Source: an uncultured Thermoproteaceae archaeon (GTDB taxonomy: Archaea; Thermoproteota; Thermoprotei; Thermoproteales; Thermocladiaceae). Taken from it: a stretch of 64,000 bases of DNA. The position numbers were made by a program, and so were the translations under genes. Positions 63,029 to 64,000 of the stretch are shown here, piece by piece (position 1 is the stretch's first letter; each line of letters starts with the position of its first letter). The notes under the pieces are model-generated. The model was not told the origin of the DNA, made no database searches, and saw only the letters and a list, made by a program, of their open reading frames with translations. The stretch lies in the NCBI GenBank assembly GCA_964575955.1, contig CAZNTG010000006.1, positions 557,364 to 621,363 of the forward strand, in the 5' to 3' direction.

Positions 63029-64000
63029 TTAAAAAGACCAATATATTGGATTTATATACTTCTCAACCTTACGATTAGAACCTAAGAACTGTACATGTAC
63101 AGCACATCCTATACATGGGTCAAAACTTCTAATACTTCTAACAACATCAAGACCAGTCCACTCATATGGTGACACTTCCTCAGTAATATATACATGTAGT
63201 GCAGATGCCTCATATGGACCTACAATACAGTTATCAACTACAGCACCTTCAACTCCCTCTATAGGCTCTATATACTTACCTACAAGCTTTGCAAGTTTCT
63301 CAAGATTTGTCTTAGGTGTTGCGTTTCCTGATGTTGGTGCGTGATATTGATAGTTTGCTATCTTACCATCCTTAACAACAATCCAATGACGAACAGCACC
63401 ACGAGGAGCCTCCAACCAACCAACACCAACAGCAAATGTTGGGTATTGTGGATATCTCCATGGCCTTCCTGGAACATTGTACCATGCTGGTTTCTCTCTA
63501 AACACCTCAGTAAGCTTTGTAAGACTCCACCATGCTGCAAATACTGCACATGCTAGTGAGAATGCCCTAGCGTAAAGTCTAAACATTGTTGTAGATGCCT
63601 CATTCCATCACTCAGCTACAAGTTCAGAATCGTAAAGTTCAGGAACTTCACTATACGGTAATCCATATAGTTGTGATGGTACTAGAGATGTAATGCTTGG
63701 TCTACTAGTTAGTATCCCTAGACTATATGCCTCATCTATGAGATCTTGAGCATACTTTAAAGCTTCATTCCAAGATGGTAATACTAGCCTAATCTTACCA
63801 TTACCAGAAGACATCTCAAGACCAGTATATAGACTATGTCTAGAACTATTCAAAGCCTGAACCCACAACTTCGCTATTGGACCTGCCTCAAATGGTACTA
63901 ATGTTCTATCTGGAAGTACCATTCTAGGTTCTGCACACCAGCTATATGGCTCTCCTTCCCAAACCTCTGGAATCTTAGGTAGTGGTCCTGGATTTGGAAT
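63029..64000 (-). pseudogene. [NiFe]-hydrogenase large subunit (3' part) with one in-frame TGA (63608-63610)
   Basis: YSW..EPR, EAGP.A, EAPRGAVRHW, RSFDPCIGCAVH; same-frame ORFs joined by LVAE*WNEASTTM. Confidence 0.88.

Noticed and set aside
63608-63610. Selenocysteine (NiFeSe) reading of the in-frame TGA
   Set aside because: The Ni-ligand motif is DPCIGC with ordinary Cys codons. The TGA is at a non-ligand, Trp-like position and no SECIS was recognised.

Overview
AT-rich archaeal chromosome segment from a hyperthermophilic crenarchaeote, probably Thermoproteales-like. The assignment rests on reverse gyrase, S26e, Rpo4, Sm next to MAT, a futalosine pathway, a homocitrate synthase with a RAM domain, and GC-rich tRNAs with BHB introns. 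Most of the window is housekeeping genes. The ORF track misses a dense non-coding RNA layer: nine C/D-box guide sRNAs (six in convergent tail-to-tail pairs), one canonical H/ACA RNA predicted to target 23S helix 93, and two tandem paralogous K-turn hairpin RNAs whose 3' tails are antisense to overlapping parts of 16S helix 24 (atypical one-sided pseudouridylation-guide architecture). There are three tRNAs (Met, Lys with intron, Asn with intron). A 2.0-kb IS607 element (tnpA plus intact tnpB, with an extra internal copy of its end repeats) splits an amt gene. amt and glnK each also carry a homopolymer frameshift. Both NiFe-hydrogenase subunit genes at the right edge have one in-frame stop (TAG, TGA) where homologues appear to have Trp. 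No CRISPR array, rRNA gene or provirus was seen. rRNA target assignments use recalled conserved rRNA sequences, because this organism's rRNA is not in the window.
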